This document shows, in pieces, positions 20,428-31,103 of a DNA stretch of 64,000 nt. The translations under genes and the position numbers were made by a program. The number at the start of each line of letters is the position of its first letter. The first letter of the stretch is position 1. The stretch is from an uncultured Planctomycetaceae bacterium (GTDB taxonomy: Bacteria > Planctomycetota > Planctomycetia > Planctomycetales > Planctomycetaceae), in NCBI GenBank assembly GCA_963976765.1, contig CAXBME010000003.1, positions 248,001 through 312,000 of the forward strand, read 5' to 3'. Below the pieces are notes generated by a model. The model worked only from the letters and a program-made list of their open reading frames with translations. It did not search any database and was not told the origin of the DNA.

Positions 20428-22773
20428 CTACCTGACGCCGACTGGCTGCAACGGACAGTGAGCGGCGGAAAATGTTTCTGTTCGATTTCCACTGGCGAAT
20501 TCGACATCGACGGTGCGGCGTTTGGCGAAGCCGCTGATGCCGGTCACCTTTCCTATACCGTATTTCGGGTGTCGGACTCTCATCCCAACGGCGAAGGTCG
20601 ACGACGTCACATCCGGCAGCTCGACTTCCTCGCCGGTACCGTTGAGCAGTGCCGCTCCTGTTGTCAGCAGTGGTTTATCACCAGCAGCCAGTGATGCTTT
20701 CAGACGGTCGCGCAGTTCCTGTTTTTTGTCCGGCTTTGAGGAGACTCCCGACTTTTCGCGAGTTCCCTCAGGAGCGTTTTCGTCGACGATGTCGAACGTT
20801 GTCTCGGCGAGAAAGGTGCTGGGAATGGTGACTCGCGGAGTGCCTCGTTCGGCGCGAACCTGAGCGGTTGTCATGTAGAGATTCCGCATCGCTCGCGTCA
20901 TGCCGACAAAGAGCAGCCGACGTTCTTCTTCGAGCTGTCTGGGATCGTTGGACTTGATTGATCGTTCGTGAGGGATCAGGCCGTGTTCCAGGCCGACGAT
21001 GACGACGCTGGGAAACTCAAGTCCCTTAGCCGCGTGGATCGTCATCAGAGTGACTTTGCCGGCTTCAGCATCGACGGCGTCAACATCGTTGGCCAGAGCT
21101 GTCGTTTCCAGGAAGCCGGTGATGGAAGGGTCGTCAGCGTTGGCTTCGTCGTACTGAGCCGCGGCGTTGACCAGCTCTTCCACGTTGGCCTGTTTGGTAA
21201 TGGCCTGTTCGGAAGAGATACCCATCCACGTTCGCGAATACGCGGTTTTTTCGACAATCTTTTTCAGGAGGTCGCTGACGCTGCCGGCGTCTGCGAGTGT
21301 GAAAGTATCCATCATTCGGACAAATGATTTGAGTTTGACTCTAGCCGTTTTTGTGAGTCCTTCGATCTTGTCGGCCTGGCGAGCTGCTTCCATCGGGCCG
21401 ACGCCGTTTTCGGTTGCCCAGGCGGTCACTTTGTTCTGGCTTGTTTTTCCGATGCCTCGCGCGGGGCGGTTGACGACTCGGGCAAAAGCGACCGTGTCGA
21501 CAGGGTTTTCGATCAGCCGCAAGTATGCGAGGAGATCGCGAACTTCCGCTCGATCATAAAACGCAACACCAGCGGCAACCTGAAACGGAACGTGGTGCCG
21601 AGTGAATGCCAGTTCGAGTTCCCGCGACATCGAGTTGACTCGGTAGAAGACGGCGAAATCGCTCCACTTTGCTGCTTCGTCAGAGCACTGCTGCCGGATC
21701 AGCTCGGCGATTCCGTCGGCTTCGGAACGGCCGTCTTTGAATTTCCGCAGTTGGACTGCTTCGCCATCTTCGGCGTCCGTGGTCAGGGACTTGGCTTTGC
21801 GCATCCGGTTATGCGAAATTAACTGGTCGGCTGATTGCAGGATCAACGCCGTGCTGCGGAAGTTCTGTTCGAGTCTCACGAGCTTCGCATTTTCGAAGTC
21901 GCGTTCGAAGTTAAGAATATTCTCGATGTTCGCTCCGCGCCAGGCATAGATCGACTGATCAGGGTCTCCAGTCACGCAGACATTGGGGCGGTCCATCCCC
22001 AGAGATCTTACAAGCTGATACTGGATCGCGTTGGTATCCTGGTACTCGTCGACCAGCAGAAAACGAAACCGGTCGTCGTACTCAGCGCGCAGCGTAGGGT
22101 TTTCCTGAAACAGCTTGACGACGTGCAGCAGCAGGTCGTCAAAGTCGACGGCGTTTGAGGCGAGCAGCGTCTCCTGATACTTCGGATAAACCTGGGCGAC
22201 AATCATGTCGAACGGTTCTCCGACTTCGAACTCAAGCGAACGGGCGAACTGCTCCGAGCTGACCATCGTGTTTTTGATGTGACTGATGCGTGCTCCCAGT
22301 TTGGCGACGGGAACCCGGACAGAGTCCATGTCCAGTTCACTGAGTACGTGCCGCAGAACCTGCAGCTGGTCCGACTTGTCGAAGATGACAAAGTTTGATT
22401 CGAGTCCAACCGACCGGCCTCGCCTGCGCAGGATGCTCGCGCAGAACCGGTGAAACGTGCTGATCCAAATCCGCGAGCCGGGCAACAGCTGGTTCACTCG
22501 CTCCTGCATTTCCCGAGCGGCTTTGTTCGTAAACGTGATCGCCAGAATTGACGACGGATGCACGCCTCGGTCAACCAGTCTGGCGATGCGACGCGTAATG
22601 ACGCGCGTCTTGCCCGAACCTGGTCCGGCGAGAATCTGGAGCGGTCCTTCGAAATGTTCGACGGCTTCCCGTTGAGACGGCGTCAGACCGTCGAGCAGAC
22701 TGGCGACGGTTCCGTTGGAAGAATCAGGACCGGACGAAGCGGCAATTGCGGGGGCGGAAGATTCAAAAGACAC
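20428..22773 (-). CDS. pcrA: UvrD/PcrA SF1 DNA helicase
   Basis: AGPGSGKT, TFTNKAA, VDEYQD, GDPDQSIY, QNFRS, TIHAAKGLEF, EEERRL; C-terminal Tudor-like VRHPKYGIG. Confidence 0.95.
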   Translation of the reverse strand: MSFESSAPAIAASSGPDSSNGTVASLLDGLTPSQREAVEHFEGPLQILAGPGSGKTRVITRRIARLVDRGVHPSSILAITFTNKAAREMQERVNQLLPGSRIWISTFHRFCASILRRRGRSVGLESNFVIFDKSDQLQVLRHVLSELDMDSVRVPVAKLGARISHIKNTMVSSEQFARSLEFEVGEPFDMIVAQVYPKYQETLLASNAVDFDDLLLHVVKLFQENPTLRAEYDDRFRFLLVDEYQDTNAIQYQLVRSLGMDRPNVCVTGDPDQSIYAWRGANIENILNFERDFENAKLVRLEQNFRSTALILQSADQLISHNRMRKAKSLTTDAEDGEAVQLRKFKDGRSEADGIAELIRQQCSDEAAKWSDFAVFYRVNSMSRELELAFTRHHVPFQVAAGVAFYDRAEVRDLLAYLRLIENPVDTVAFARVVNRPARGIGKTSQNKVTAWATENGVGPMEAARQADKIEGLTKTARVKLKSFVRMMDTFTLADAGSVSDLLKKIVEKTAYSRTWMGISSEQAITKQANVEELVNAAAQYDEANADDPSITGFLETTALANDVDAVDAEAGKVTLMTIHAAKGLEFPSVVIVGLEHGLIPHERSIKSNDPRQLEEERRLLFVGMTRAMRNLYMTTAQVRAERGTPRVTIPSTFLAETTFDIVDENAPEGTREKSGVSSKPDKKQELRDRLKASLAAGDKPLLTTGAALLNGTGEEVELPDVTSSTFAVGMRVRHPKYGIGKVTGISGFAKRRTVDVEFASGNRTETFSAAHCPLQPVGVR

Positions 22774-22965
22774 TGTACCATCCGTGCTGTCTGTCCGGCG
22801 GTGGTACGGCGGCAGCCGCCGCTGTGAGCCGGAGTTTCGAGTGTGTAAAACTCGACGGACGATAGCGGATTGAGAGAAAAAAAGGCAGAAGGCAAAAGGC
22901 GGGTTGACGTATTTTCGGGGGCAGCATTCAGTCCTTCTGATTTCAGCCTTTAGCCTTCTCCGCTG

Positions 22966-25086
22966 CTAACGGTTGCTGTTGAACTGCGAAGCGGCGACGC
23001 CGAAGAGGGCACTCTCAAGAATGTGCCGTTCGATAAACGCGCCGATAGCTTCCAGCTTTGTGTACTGGACGATGATGTAGTCGCCCGGCTGGACGTTGAT
23101 CCGCTCGGAAGCTCGAGTTCTTGCTCGATAAAGATCGACGAGAATCGGCACCTGTGTTCCGTTCGGCAGTTTTCGCAGGATGATTGCTTCACTGGGGCTG
23201 ATCGAAACGTCGCTGTTGAGTGCCGAGCTGCCGGAACCTGCGCCTTGCCGATTGTTGGCTTCAGCGATCGCGATGGCTTCCAGAATATCGAGGTCACGGT
23301 CACGGGGAAGGGTGTATTCGCCGCCGCCGAGCAGGCCACCGGTGTAGAAGTTCTCGTCGTCGCGCGACGCGATGAAGACGATGTCTCCGTCTTCGAGAAT
23401 GATGTCCTGCTCGGTGAAGTTGACCGTTTCAAATTCTGCCAGCCGCAACGGAATGCGAATGGAATTCTCCTGGTTGCAATAGCCCCCTTGAGCGATCTGT
23501 TGCGAATTCGCCCAGCACGCTGGCTGTTGCCACTGCTGCTGAGGTGGAGGCTGAAACTGCTGAGGTGGCTGTTGCCATTGCTGAGTAAACTGCGGAGCCA
23601 TCTGCTGAGCAGGCATCTGCAAGGGAGCTGTCTGAATCGGAGCAGTCTGGCAGGTGGAACATCCGGCCTGTGAGACGTCGGCTCCGCGATTGAACAGTTT
23701 CTGGAATGGGGCCTGGACGACTCGACCGACGGCTGACGCAGACGCTTTGTGATAGGCGAGGTCCATCACTTGTTGTGTCGAGAGCGGAGTCAGCTGTTCG
23801 CGACCATTGTTCGCAAACTGGTCAACCGGTGTGGCCAGGCCAGTTCTGTAGTCGACCTGCTGAATGTTCGAGCCGTAACGGCCACGCCCGACCGGTGGGA
23901 CCTGAGCCATGTCGGGACTTTGAGCCCGTACGACGAAGTCCGTGTCGGAATCAAACGGCGATGCGTGCCGGCCTGCTGACGACGTCGACGACAGCGGGCC
24001 GTAACCTGGCTGAGGTAATGGTCCGCCTGGCAATTGCCCCGGCTGCGACGGATAGGGCTGCTGTTGATATGGACCGGGCTGATAGCCTGGCTGCATCGTC
24101 GGATTCGGCTGGCCGTACGCAGGCTGAGCCGGCAGTGGTTGTTGCGGCTGAGCTTGTACGGGTCTGGCGCGTCGGCCTCGCATAATGTAGACGACGTTTT
24201 CGGCATCGAGGCCCGGCAAGCCGCCTGATTGAACAAGCGCATTCAGAACGTCGTTTTTGTACGCCGGCAGCGAGACCACATGGCCGGTTCCTTTCTTCGC
24301 CGTTCCGAGTGATCCGCCGCTCACGCTGAGGCCAGACAGCACGTCTGATTGAAGCTCCTGGCGGATGACCAGAATGCGGTGCTGTCTCGGCTTGTGCAGC
24401 GTGACGACAATCCGGTCCTGCCCAGGCAACAGCAATCGTCGACCAACGGTGTAGGCCTGTCTAATTTCACGTTCGACCTGAGGGATCGTTTTTCCCCGCA
24501 CGAAGATCGGTTGGATCAGTGGCAGCGACAAAGTTCCATCGTCGCGAATAGTTAATGGATACCCGAGCGTGGGCGGTTGAGTTGTGTCGAGCGGCTGATT
24601 GATCGGCGGCTGCTCGCGCTGCCCAAGGACGCTCTCGATGTAAATCGCCAGGACGTCGCCCGAATCGACCAGGTATTCGGCAGGAGCCTGCTGCCTGAGA
24701 TACGACAGGTCGATCATCTGCTGGTTTTCGCGGCTGCAGCCTTTCAGTTCTTCTGGCAGAAATCGAGCCGGTACTCCATCAAGAGGTCGAACCGCCGCGC
24801 AGCCGGAAAGCGCCGATGCGATCAGCATCGTCAGACACAACGTGACGGAGAACGAACGTTGCGATCGATCTGACGTCCGAGCATTCCGGCACCGAGGGCC
24901 AGACGGACGGGCGGAGCCAGCGTCCAGCGCTCGCTTCGCCATCGTCGATGATGCCTGGTCCAGATTGTGCGATGACATTTCGTGCATGGCTCGGTCTGAG
25001 GAACTGGTCCGAAGAATGATGGAAAGTGGCAGGGGCGTCTTGATGCACCATCGATCAATGTCATGCCGATGTGCGTCAAGACGCAT
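22966..25086 (-). CDS. Polysaccharide export (Wza/SLBB-like) lipoprotein with Q/P-rich insert; true start probably downstream
   Basis: Lipobox LSGC, YLVDSGDVLAIYI, DDGTLSLPLI, GGLPGLDA, LEDGDIV, VQPGDYI. Confidence 0.8.
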   Translation of the reverse strand: MRLDAHRHDIDRWCIKTPLPLSIILRTSSSDRAMHEMSSHNLDQASSTMAKRALDAGSARPSGPRCRNARTSDRSQRSFSVTLCLTMLIASALSGCAAVRPLDGVPARFLPEELKGCSRENQQMIDLSYLRQQAPAEYLVDSGDVLAIYIESVLGQREQPPINQPLDTTQPPTLGYPLTIRDDGTLSLPLIQPIFVRGKTIPQVEREIRQAYTVGRRLLLPGQDRIVVTLHKPRQHRILVIRQELQSDVLSGLSVSGGSLGTAKKGTGHVVSLPAYKNDVLNALVQSGGLPGLDAENVVYIMRGRRARPVQAQPQQPLPAQPAYGQPNPTMQPGYQPGPYQQQPYPSQPGQLPGGPLPQPGYGPLSSTSSAGRHASPFDSDTDFVVRAQSPDMAQVPPVGRGRYGSNIQQVDYRTGLATPVDQFANNGREQLTPLSTQQVMDLAYHKASASAVGRVVQAPFQKLFNRGADVSQAGCSTCQTAPIQTAPLQMPAQQMAPQFTQQWQQPPQQFQPPPQQQWQQPACWANSQQIAQGGYCNQENSIRIPLRLAEFETVNFTEQDIILEDGDIVFIASRDDENFYTGGLLGGGEYTLPRDRDLDILEAIAIAEANNRQGAGSGSSALNSDVSISPSEAIILRKLPNGTQVPILVDLYRARTRASERINVQPGDYIIVQYTKLEAIGAFIERHILESALFGVAASQFNSNR

Positions 25087-25115
25087 CCCGCGAATTTACT
25101 GAGATCCTGATCTGA

Positions 25116-26318
25116 TTATCGTTGCGGTGTCGGGTATCGCCAGGCCGGTGGTTCGTGCTGGAACTGGTCGGGCGGTCCGAGTTTTCCCGGCGTAACCTGA
25201 CCGCGAGGTGTTCCGCTGAATCCGGGAGTCAGCGGTCCGCCTTGCTGAGCACTTCCGTTCGGCTGGTTGTTGGCTGGTTGCGAATACTGATTCTGTGTTG
25301 ACGGTTGAGTATTAAAGGCTCCGCCTGGACTTGCATAACCGGGAGTCGGCAAGGTCGGTGAAGGCAGATTCAGATTCTGTCCGGTATCGGGACGACCTGC
25401 CGATGGCATCGGCAAATCGGGATACGGGTACGTCGAATTCGGCGACTGCCCAGGCATCGCTTCAGGACCGGCGCCGTATGGAGCGGGTGAGTTCTGATAC
25501 GAATGGAACTGCTGACCGAACCCGGGAGCCGGAGCTGGCGAAACGTCGTAGTTGTTCTGGTAGTTGTTTTGAGGGGGCCACGAGTTAGCGGGGTCGATTC
25601 CCGCGGCAGGTGCCTGAGGATTCATTTGAGGGCCGACTGCGAAAACCGACGGCTGCTGTGGTGGCATTCCGGGCGCCCCCCCTGACGAAAATGAATTCGA
25701 CTGACTCGGTCCGCCTGGCGCGCAGCCGCCGTTGGTCGGTGGCGAGGCACACGCACCTTTGGGTTTCTGGATACTCCAGTCGTACGACGCACCGATTGTT
25801 TTCATCGTGGTCATCTCGGCTGCGGCCAGCGCGGAGCCAGACCGGTAGCCATCAAAGTACAACTCGACACACTGCTTACCCTTTTCCGTGCGGTAATGAG
25901 TGTTCCAGTATTTGGGCGGCGGAACAGCCGGCACTTCGCCACTTTCGCCGTTGGCAATGTCGTTAAAGGCGTCGCGGAAACCGGCTTTGTAGTGCTTCGA
26001 GATCCAGCGTCTTGTCTGAAGCTGCTGCCTCAAGAGATACCTGTCTGCGCAGCGTTTGGCCATCGCCGACGACGTCCACCGATCCATGAACGGCAGGTAC
26101 TTTGAGCATGTCAAATACGGACGGGGTTGACACTGGCCAAGGTCACACTGGCTGCTCAATATGGTCTGAGGCAACAGTTTCTCCGTACCGAAGAATCGCG
26201 TTGCAGGCGACACATAGCGAGGTTCACCGGTGCTGCTGCACGCACCGTTCGAACACGGAAACACGCAGCCTCCGGTCGAAAGAGCGGTGAAGGCCAGCAG
26301 CCACAGGAAAAGTCGCAT
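25116..26318 (-). CDS. Hypothetical lipoprotein with P/Q/G-rich C-terminus
   Basis: Signal peptide ending TGGC; YKAGFRDAF...PAVPPPKYW...YFDGYRSG core; co-oriented with the export gene. Confidence 0.75.
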   Translation of the reverse strand: MRLFLWLLAFTALSTGGCVFPCSNGACSSTGEPRYVSPATRFFGTEKLLPQTILSSQCDLGQCQPRPYLTCSKYLPFMDRWTSSAMAKRCADRYLLRQQLQTRRWISKHYKAGFRDAFNDIANGESGEVPAVPPPKYWNTHYRTEKGKQCVELYFDGYRSGSALAAAEMTTMKTIGASYDWSIQKPKGACASPPTNGGCAPGGPSQSNSFSSGGAPGMPPQQPSVFAVGPQMNPQAPAAGIDPANSWPPQNNYQNNYDVSPAPAPGFGQQFHSYQNSPAPYGAGPEAMPGQSPNSTYPYPDLPMPSAGRPDTGQNLNLPSPTLPTPGYASPGGAFNTQPSTQNQYSQPANNQPNGSAQQGGPLTPGFSGTPRGQVTPGKLGPPDQFQHEPPAWRYPTPQR

Positions 26319-27150
26319 CGGTTACTCTCAGAACGAGACCAGCGTGAAGCACCGGGCGTACGGTTCGCGCGGGGTCACTTGATTCTGGTATCGGTCCGGG
26401 ATGAAACACGAATGACGGATTTTCCGGCTGGAGCGGTCTCACTGCCTCTTGTGCAGCCCCATAATCGTTGCCGAGGCTTGTAACTTGCCTATTTTCAATC
26501 GCAGAGCTGAGGAAAGACTGCCAGAAAACGGAGTGTCTTGCAGATCGCGAAGTGGTCTGTCGCTGAAAATTTAACTCTTTCGTCTGTTTGCGTCAGACTT
26601 CGAGGATGTCTGCAGGCCTCGAATTCCCAAACGCGCTGTCGAGTGTTGCCAGCGTTGGCGTCTCGTCGCTGGCCGGTTCGCTGGACTGATTGTTGTCAGC
26701 AGATTTCGACGGATGATCGCTCATTCAAACTCAGTGTGAGCGTCGACTCCATCGCCAATTGACTGCGACCTGGTGTGCGCCACGAGCGAATCATTGATGA
26801 CAACCAGCGTGTCGGTTCCAGGTTTTGCTTTGATCAGCGAATTCTGGCAGTGTGGGGCAAAGTGTCAGGAAAGTTGAACGCTCTAAAAGGAAAAATTCTG
26901 AGCTTAGCGCTGAACATCGCCGTGAACACGGGCTGGTTAAGAGCAATCAGTGTGCGGTTGACCGTGTCAGTCAGGCAATTTGAGAGGGCGTATTTCCAGG
27001 TGATGCCTCATTCGTCGATTCGTGGCTTGAGAAATTGAAAGAAATCCAGGTAAGGTGGCCGTTCGAACAGAACTCGCTCAGGCATAAAACTGCTGACCGG
27101 ATTTCGCACGACCAGTCGATTGCTCAATCACTGGCAACAGGAGCTTCAAC

Positions 27151-27336
27151 ATGGAACCAGCTTTTCCTCGACTTGCAAAAGTCATCGACACTCACGGACT
27201 GGTTGACCTGGTCGAAGAAATTCGTCTGCGAACCTGGGCACGGCTCAACTACGCCGCTCCCGAAGAACGAGACGAAACCTGGCATCCGATCGTGCTGGAA
27301 GAGATGAACCGAAAAGATGTCGAAGTCGTCGTGTAA
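27151..27336 (+). CDS. Small hypothetical protein (61 aa)
   Basis: CAGGAG RBS upstream; protein-like EEIRLRTWARLNY...WHPIVLEEMNRKD. Confidence 0.7.
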   Translation: MEPAFPRLAKVIDTHGLVDLVEEIRLRTWARLNYAAPEERDETWHPIVLEEMNRKDVEVVV

Positions 27337-27744
27337 ACTTCGCACAGGCGCCCGAGAACGACACGGCGCCCGAGGCTGGAGAGACGAGCAGACTAACGCC
27401 GGTTGAAATCCGTTCCGCTGCTGGTGAGTGCCGGGCAGCCTGCAATGGTGTGGTGGTCGGTGAGTCTGGCGTCTCCGCTCCCGCTCGAACTGCTTTTGAG
27501 ATTTGTTGGGGACTTCCGGAAGACTCCGTCCCCGAAGTTTGAGCCCTTTCCTTTCCCTGCCGCTTGCAGACTCACGGTCTGAGGTTGTCAGACTGGCGCC
27601 GGGAATTGACGCCTTGTGCGAGTCGCGGAATACTGACGTGGCAGCTTGCTCCGGTCTACTGCCATGCCGTCCAGGAACTCACAGTCGCCAATCGATGGGC
27701 AGTACCATTTCAGGGGCCGACCATCGCCACGCAAAGGGATCATC

Positions 27745-29706
27745 ATGTACCAGTTCTGCATCACGACACAGACCGATTGCCGACGAAGTTACTCGTCCGG
27801 CTTACGACGCAGGATTACTGCGTTCGCGATCTCAGCTCTGGCATCAGTCGTTCTACAAACGCCGTGTACGAAAGCCGTTTTCGCCGAGTCAGCGACTCGC
27901 CCGAACGTTGTTTACATCATGGCTGACGAGCTGGGGTACTTCGAGCTGTCCTGCCTGGGCAATCCGAATCTCCAGACGCCTCGGATCGACCAGATGATCA
28001 GCGAGGGAATTCGATTCACACAGGCACTGGCTGGTTCGTCGGTTTGTGCACCGACACGATGCTGTCTGATGTCTGGAAAACACAGCGGGCATACGTCGGT
28101 TCGGTCGAACGGTGGCGGTACTCCGATGCGGGCAGGCGAGGAAACAGTTGCTTCGATTCTCAAAGAGGCCGGGTACGCGACGGGCGGTTTCGGCAAGTGG
28201 GGCTGTGGCGGCCGTGGCTCAACCGGCGTGCCCGAAAAACACGGCTTCGACGTCTTCCTCGGCTACTACGACCAGGTTCACGCTCACAGCTATTACCCGC
28301 CGTACATCGTGCGGAACAGTGAAGAAGTTCCTCTGAAAAACAACCGAGGCGGCAGCGACGGCGAGACATACTCGCACTATGTGATCGTCGACGAAGCGAT
28401 GAGCTTTATCCGCGAAAATAAAGAGAAACCCTTCTTCTGCTACATGCCGATCACGCCTCCGCATGGCATCTTCGACATTCCCGATTCCGATCCCGCATGG
28501 GCGATCTACAAAGACAGGAACTGGCCGGAAGACGCAAAGCGATACGCGGCCATGGTGAACATGGTCGATCGTCAGGTCGGTGAAATTCTCGACCTACTTA
28601 AAGAATTGTCGCTCGACGAAAATACAATCGTTTTCTTCTGCGGCGACAACGGCGGAAACGACTATTTCAAGGACGCAGAGCACCCTCGCGGCTTTCACGG
28701 AGCGAACGTCAATCCCACAACCGGAGTCGAATTTCGTGGAACGAAGGGAACCCTTTACGAAGGCGGATTGAGAATTCCAATGGCCGTTCGCTGGCCGGGC
28801 AGGATCGCTCCCGGACAAGTCAGCGACCTGCTGTGGTACTTCCCGGACGTATTGCCGACCGTTGCCGAGTTGACGGGTGCAACGGCTCCAGACGACGTTG
28901 ACGGGATGTCGATTCTACCTGAGCTGGTTGGTGAGGAAGCTGCGGGACGAAAGCAACCAGATCACGAATATCTCTACTGGGAAATTGGCCCCCAGATCGC
29001 TGTCCGAAAAGGTGACTGGAAGGCGATTTTGCCAGGCGCTAAACGCGAGTGGGAACTGTACGACCTGAGCCGAGACCTGAGTGAAAAGAACAATGTCGCG
29101 ACGGATCATCCGGAAATCCTCGCCGAATTGAAACGACATGCCGAGGCGGCTCATGAACCCGTCGAAGAAGGAACGTTCTTCAACCGCGAAATTCATGAAC
29201 GCGATCGGCGGGCGAAATTTGGCAATAAGCCGCTTCCGAAGAAGGGAGCCGTCAACACAATCCCGACTGCCGGGCTGATCGACAGGCAGGAGTTGAAAAT
29301 CGCTCGCGTCAGCAGCGAGTCAAACGCGAACCAGCGGCGTGCCGTGAACGCGATCGACGGCGACCCTCACACGCACTGGCACACCAGTTTCTCGCCGAAA
29401 ATCGACAAGCACCCGCACGAACTGGTCATTGATCTGGGCAGCAGGCGAGAGGTCAGCGGAATCCGTTACCTCGCTCGTCAGGACGGTGGCTGGAATGGTG
29501 CAATTGCGAAGTGCGAGTTTTTCGTCGGTGACTCACCCGCGACTTTTGACGAAACGGTCGCGACAATGACGTTTCGCAAGGTGAAGACGTCCCAGGAAAA
29601 AACCTGGAAACCGGCTTTTGGTCGTTACGTTCTGATCCGAATCCTGTCCGAAGTGAATGCTGGCCCGTGGGCATCTATTTCCGAACTGGGCATCATCGGT
29701 CAGTGA
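27745..29706 (+). CDS. Arylsulfatase with C-terminal F5/8 type C (discoidin/CBM32-like) domain
   Basis: RPNVVYIMAD, CAPTR (CxPxR), GYATGGFGKW, YEGGLRIP; NAIDGDPHTHWHT...IDLG...WASISE. Confidence 0.92.
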   Translation: MYQFCITTQTDCRRSYSSGLRRRITAFAISALASVVLQTPCTKAVFAESATRPNVVYIMADELGYFELSCLGNPNLQTPRIDQMISEGIRFTQALAGSSVCAPTRCCLMSGKHSGHTSVRSNGGGTPMRAGEETVASILKEAGYATGGFGKWGCGGRGSTGVPEKHGFDVFLGYYDQVHAHSYYPPYIVRNSEEVPLKNNRGGSDGETYSHYVIVDEAMSFIRENKEKPFFCYMPITPPHGIFDIPDSDPAWAIYKDRNWPEDAKRYAAMVNMVDRQVGEILDLLKELSLDENTIVFFCGDNGGNDYFKDAEHPRGFHGANVNPTTGVEFRGTKGTLYEGGLRIPMAVRWPGRIAPGQVSDLLWYFPDVLPTVAELTGATAPDDVDGMSILPELVGEEAAGRKQPDHEYLYWEIGPQIAVRKGDWKAILPGAKREWELYDLSRDLSEKNNVATDHPEILAELKRHAEAAHEPVEEGTFFNREIHERDRRAKFGNKPLPKKGAVNTIPTAGLIDRQELKIARVSSESNANQRRAVNAIDGDPHTHWHTSFSPKIDKHPHELVIDLGSRREVSGIRYLARQDGGWNGAIAKCEFFVGDSPATFDETVATMTFRKVKTSQEKTWKPAFGRYVLIRILSEVNAGPWASISELGIIGQ

Positions 29707-29830
29707 AGAGCCCACAACAACGACGCCACCAGTCTCCCGAAACCGTCCTCACCGTCCTCTGAGAACATACAAGGGGGGCCTGTAACCGTGAAGCAATATC
29801 AGTGCCGGACAACATTGGGCACCGCCAGTC

Positions 29831-30145
29831 TTACGCGTCCTTCTCGTCGCCTTCTTCGTCCTGATCAAACTTTGGCGGCTCGAACTTTGGAGCCGTGACC
29901 TCTTTGACTTCTTCGCTGGCTGCCGGTCGTGGCGTTGAAGAGGTGCTTGACGAGCTGTAAGTCGACTGAGTGACTTCGTCCTCAATGCCGCGTACGCCTT
30001 TTTTGAACTCGACAATGCCCTTCCCGAGACTGCGGGCGACTTCCGGCAGACGCTTGCCAAACAGCAGCAAAGCGATCGTGCCGAAGATGATCAGTTCAGG
30101 AAGTCCAGGAGCTCCACCAGGGAAGAATGCAAGAATAGCCGTCAT
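29831..30145 (-). CDS. tatA: Twin-arginine translocase TatA/TatE subunit
   Basis: PELIIFGTIALLLFGKRLPEVARSLGKGIVEFKKG. Confidence 0.92.
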   Translation of the reverse strand: MTAILAFFPGGAPGLPELIIFGTIALLLFGKRLPEVARSLGKGIVEFKKGVRGIEDEVTQSTYSSSSTSSTPRPAASEEVKEVTAPKFEPPKFDQDEEGDEKDA

Positions 30146-30236
30146 GTGACACCTCACGTTTGAATATTGTGTTTGATTTTGCGGAAACAATTCAACAGCC
30201 TTCCGACCTTCTTGAGGCTGGAGGCGTTAATGGTTG

Positions 30237-30437
30237 TTACGAATCTTTTCGGTCGTCGCGACTATCATCGGAACCTTCGGACTCAGCGTCGCTGGCCCCC
30301 TTTTTAAACTCGACGACGCTTCGGCCGAGTGATTTCATGGCGCCGGGCAGCCGATTGCCGAATACCAGCAGAATGATCACACCGAAAATCGCGATCTCAA
30401 TCCAACCCGGGGCTCCGGGAATAAATCCAAGTAACAT
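30237..30437 (-). CDS. tatA: Twin-arginine translocase TatA/TatE subunit (second copy)
   Basis: GWIEIAIFGVIILLVFGNRLPGAMKSLGRSVVEFKKG; AGGAG RBS. Confidence 0.92.
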   Translation of the reverse strand: MLLGFIPGAPGWIEIAIFGVIILLVFGNRLPGAMKSLGRSVVEFKKGASDAESEGSDDSRDDRKDS

Positions 30438-30984
30438 TTTGAAACTCCTGACGTTCTCTCGCCGAAACTGTTGTTCGGTTGGTCTCGCGGAACCGGAAAT
30501 CGGCTCCTGCGGACGAGATCCCCATGCTTGAATGAACCAGAGCCGTCACTCGTACCGGACGTAAACGACCAGATAAAGCTCAACAGAAATCCCGCAGCAA
30601 ACAGCTTGCGGAAACCTGCCGACGGACAGCGGCAACACTCAGAAAGTCTGCAACTCGAACGCCCAGCGAAAGTAGCGACGCACCTGAAGAGACAATCAGC
30701 ACAGGCAACGTAAGCGACCGGTCAGTCGGACATCCGTCCCGAAGGGGATTCACAGACAATCTGGCATGGGGATGTCCACTCGGTTCGCCCGCGGGGAGCA
30801 GGTGGAGTGAGCGGAGCGGGAGGTGATTTTACGACTGCACTTCCCGTTGTCAAACACGGTGACCCGATCCTGGGTGAGTCGTGTTCGTCGCAAAAGAAAC
30901 AGCTCAGGGCAAATTCCCGGAATCTGCCAGAGTAACCAGCGAATCAGCGAGCGAGCGACTTCGAAGCGACGTCCACAGAAAACG

Positions 30985-31070
30985 CGAAAAAGCCCGAAAC
31001 ATTCACGAGAACGAGGCTCCTGATACCGCAGCATCGAGACTCGTTCGGCGAGCGTTCGGGCTCTTTTTCG
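30985..31070 (-). terminator. Long imperfect hairpin with T-tracts at both ends (possibly bidirectional terminator)
   Basis: AAAAAGCCCGAA...GAACGAG / CTCGTTC...TTCGGGCTCTTTTT, downstream of 31104..31379. Confidence 0.6.
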
Positions 31071-31103
31071 GGTCTGAATATCTGAATAATTGAGGGCCGA
31101 CCG

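Noticed and set aside
23500..24150. CAG-rich repeats as CRISPR or VNTR
   Set aside because: They are coding Q/P low-complexity sequence with no fixed repeat-spacer period.
30438..30984. Riboswitch or ncRNA upstream of tatA (GGGCAAA near 30907)
   Set aside because: The rest of the c-di-GMP-I consensus is missing and I recognised no other Rfam-like motif; needs cmscan.
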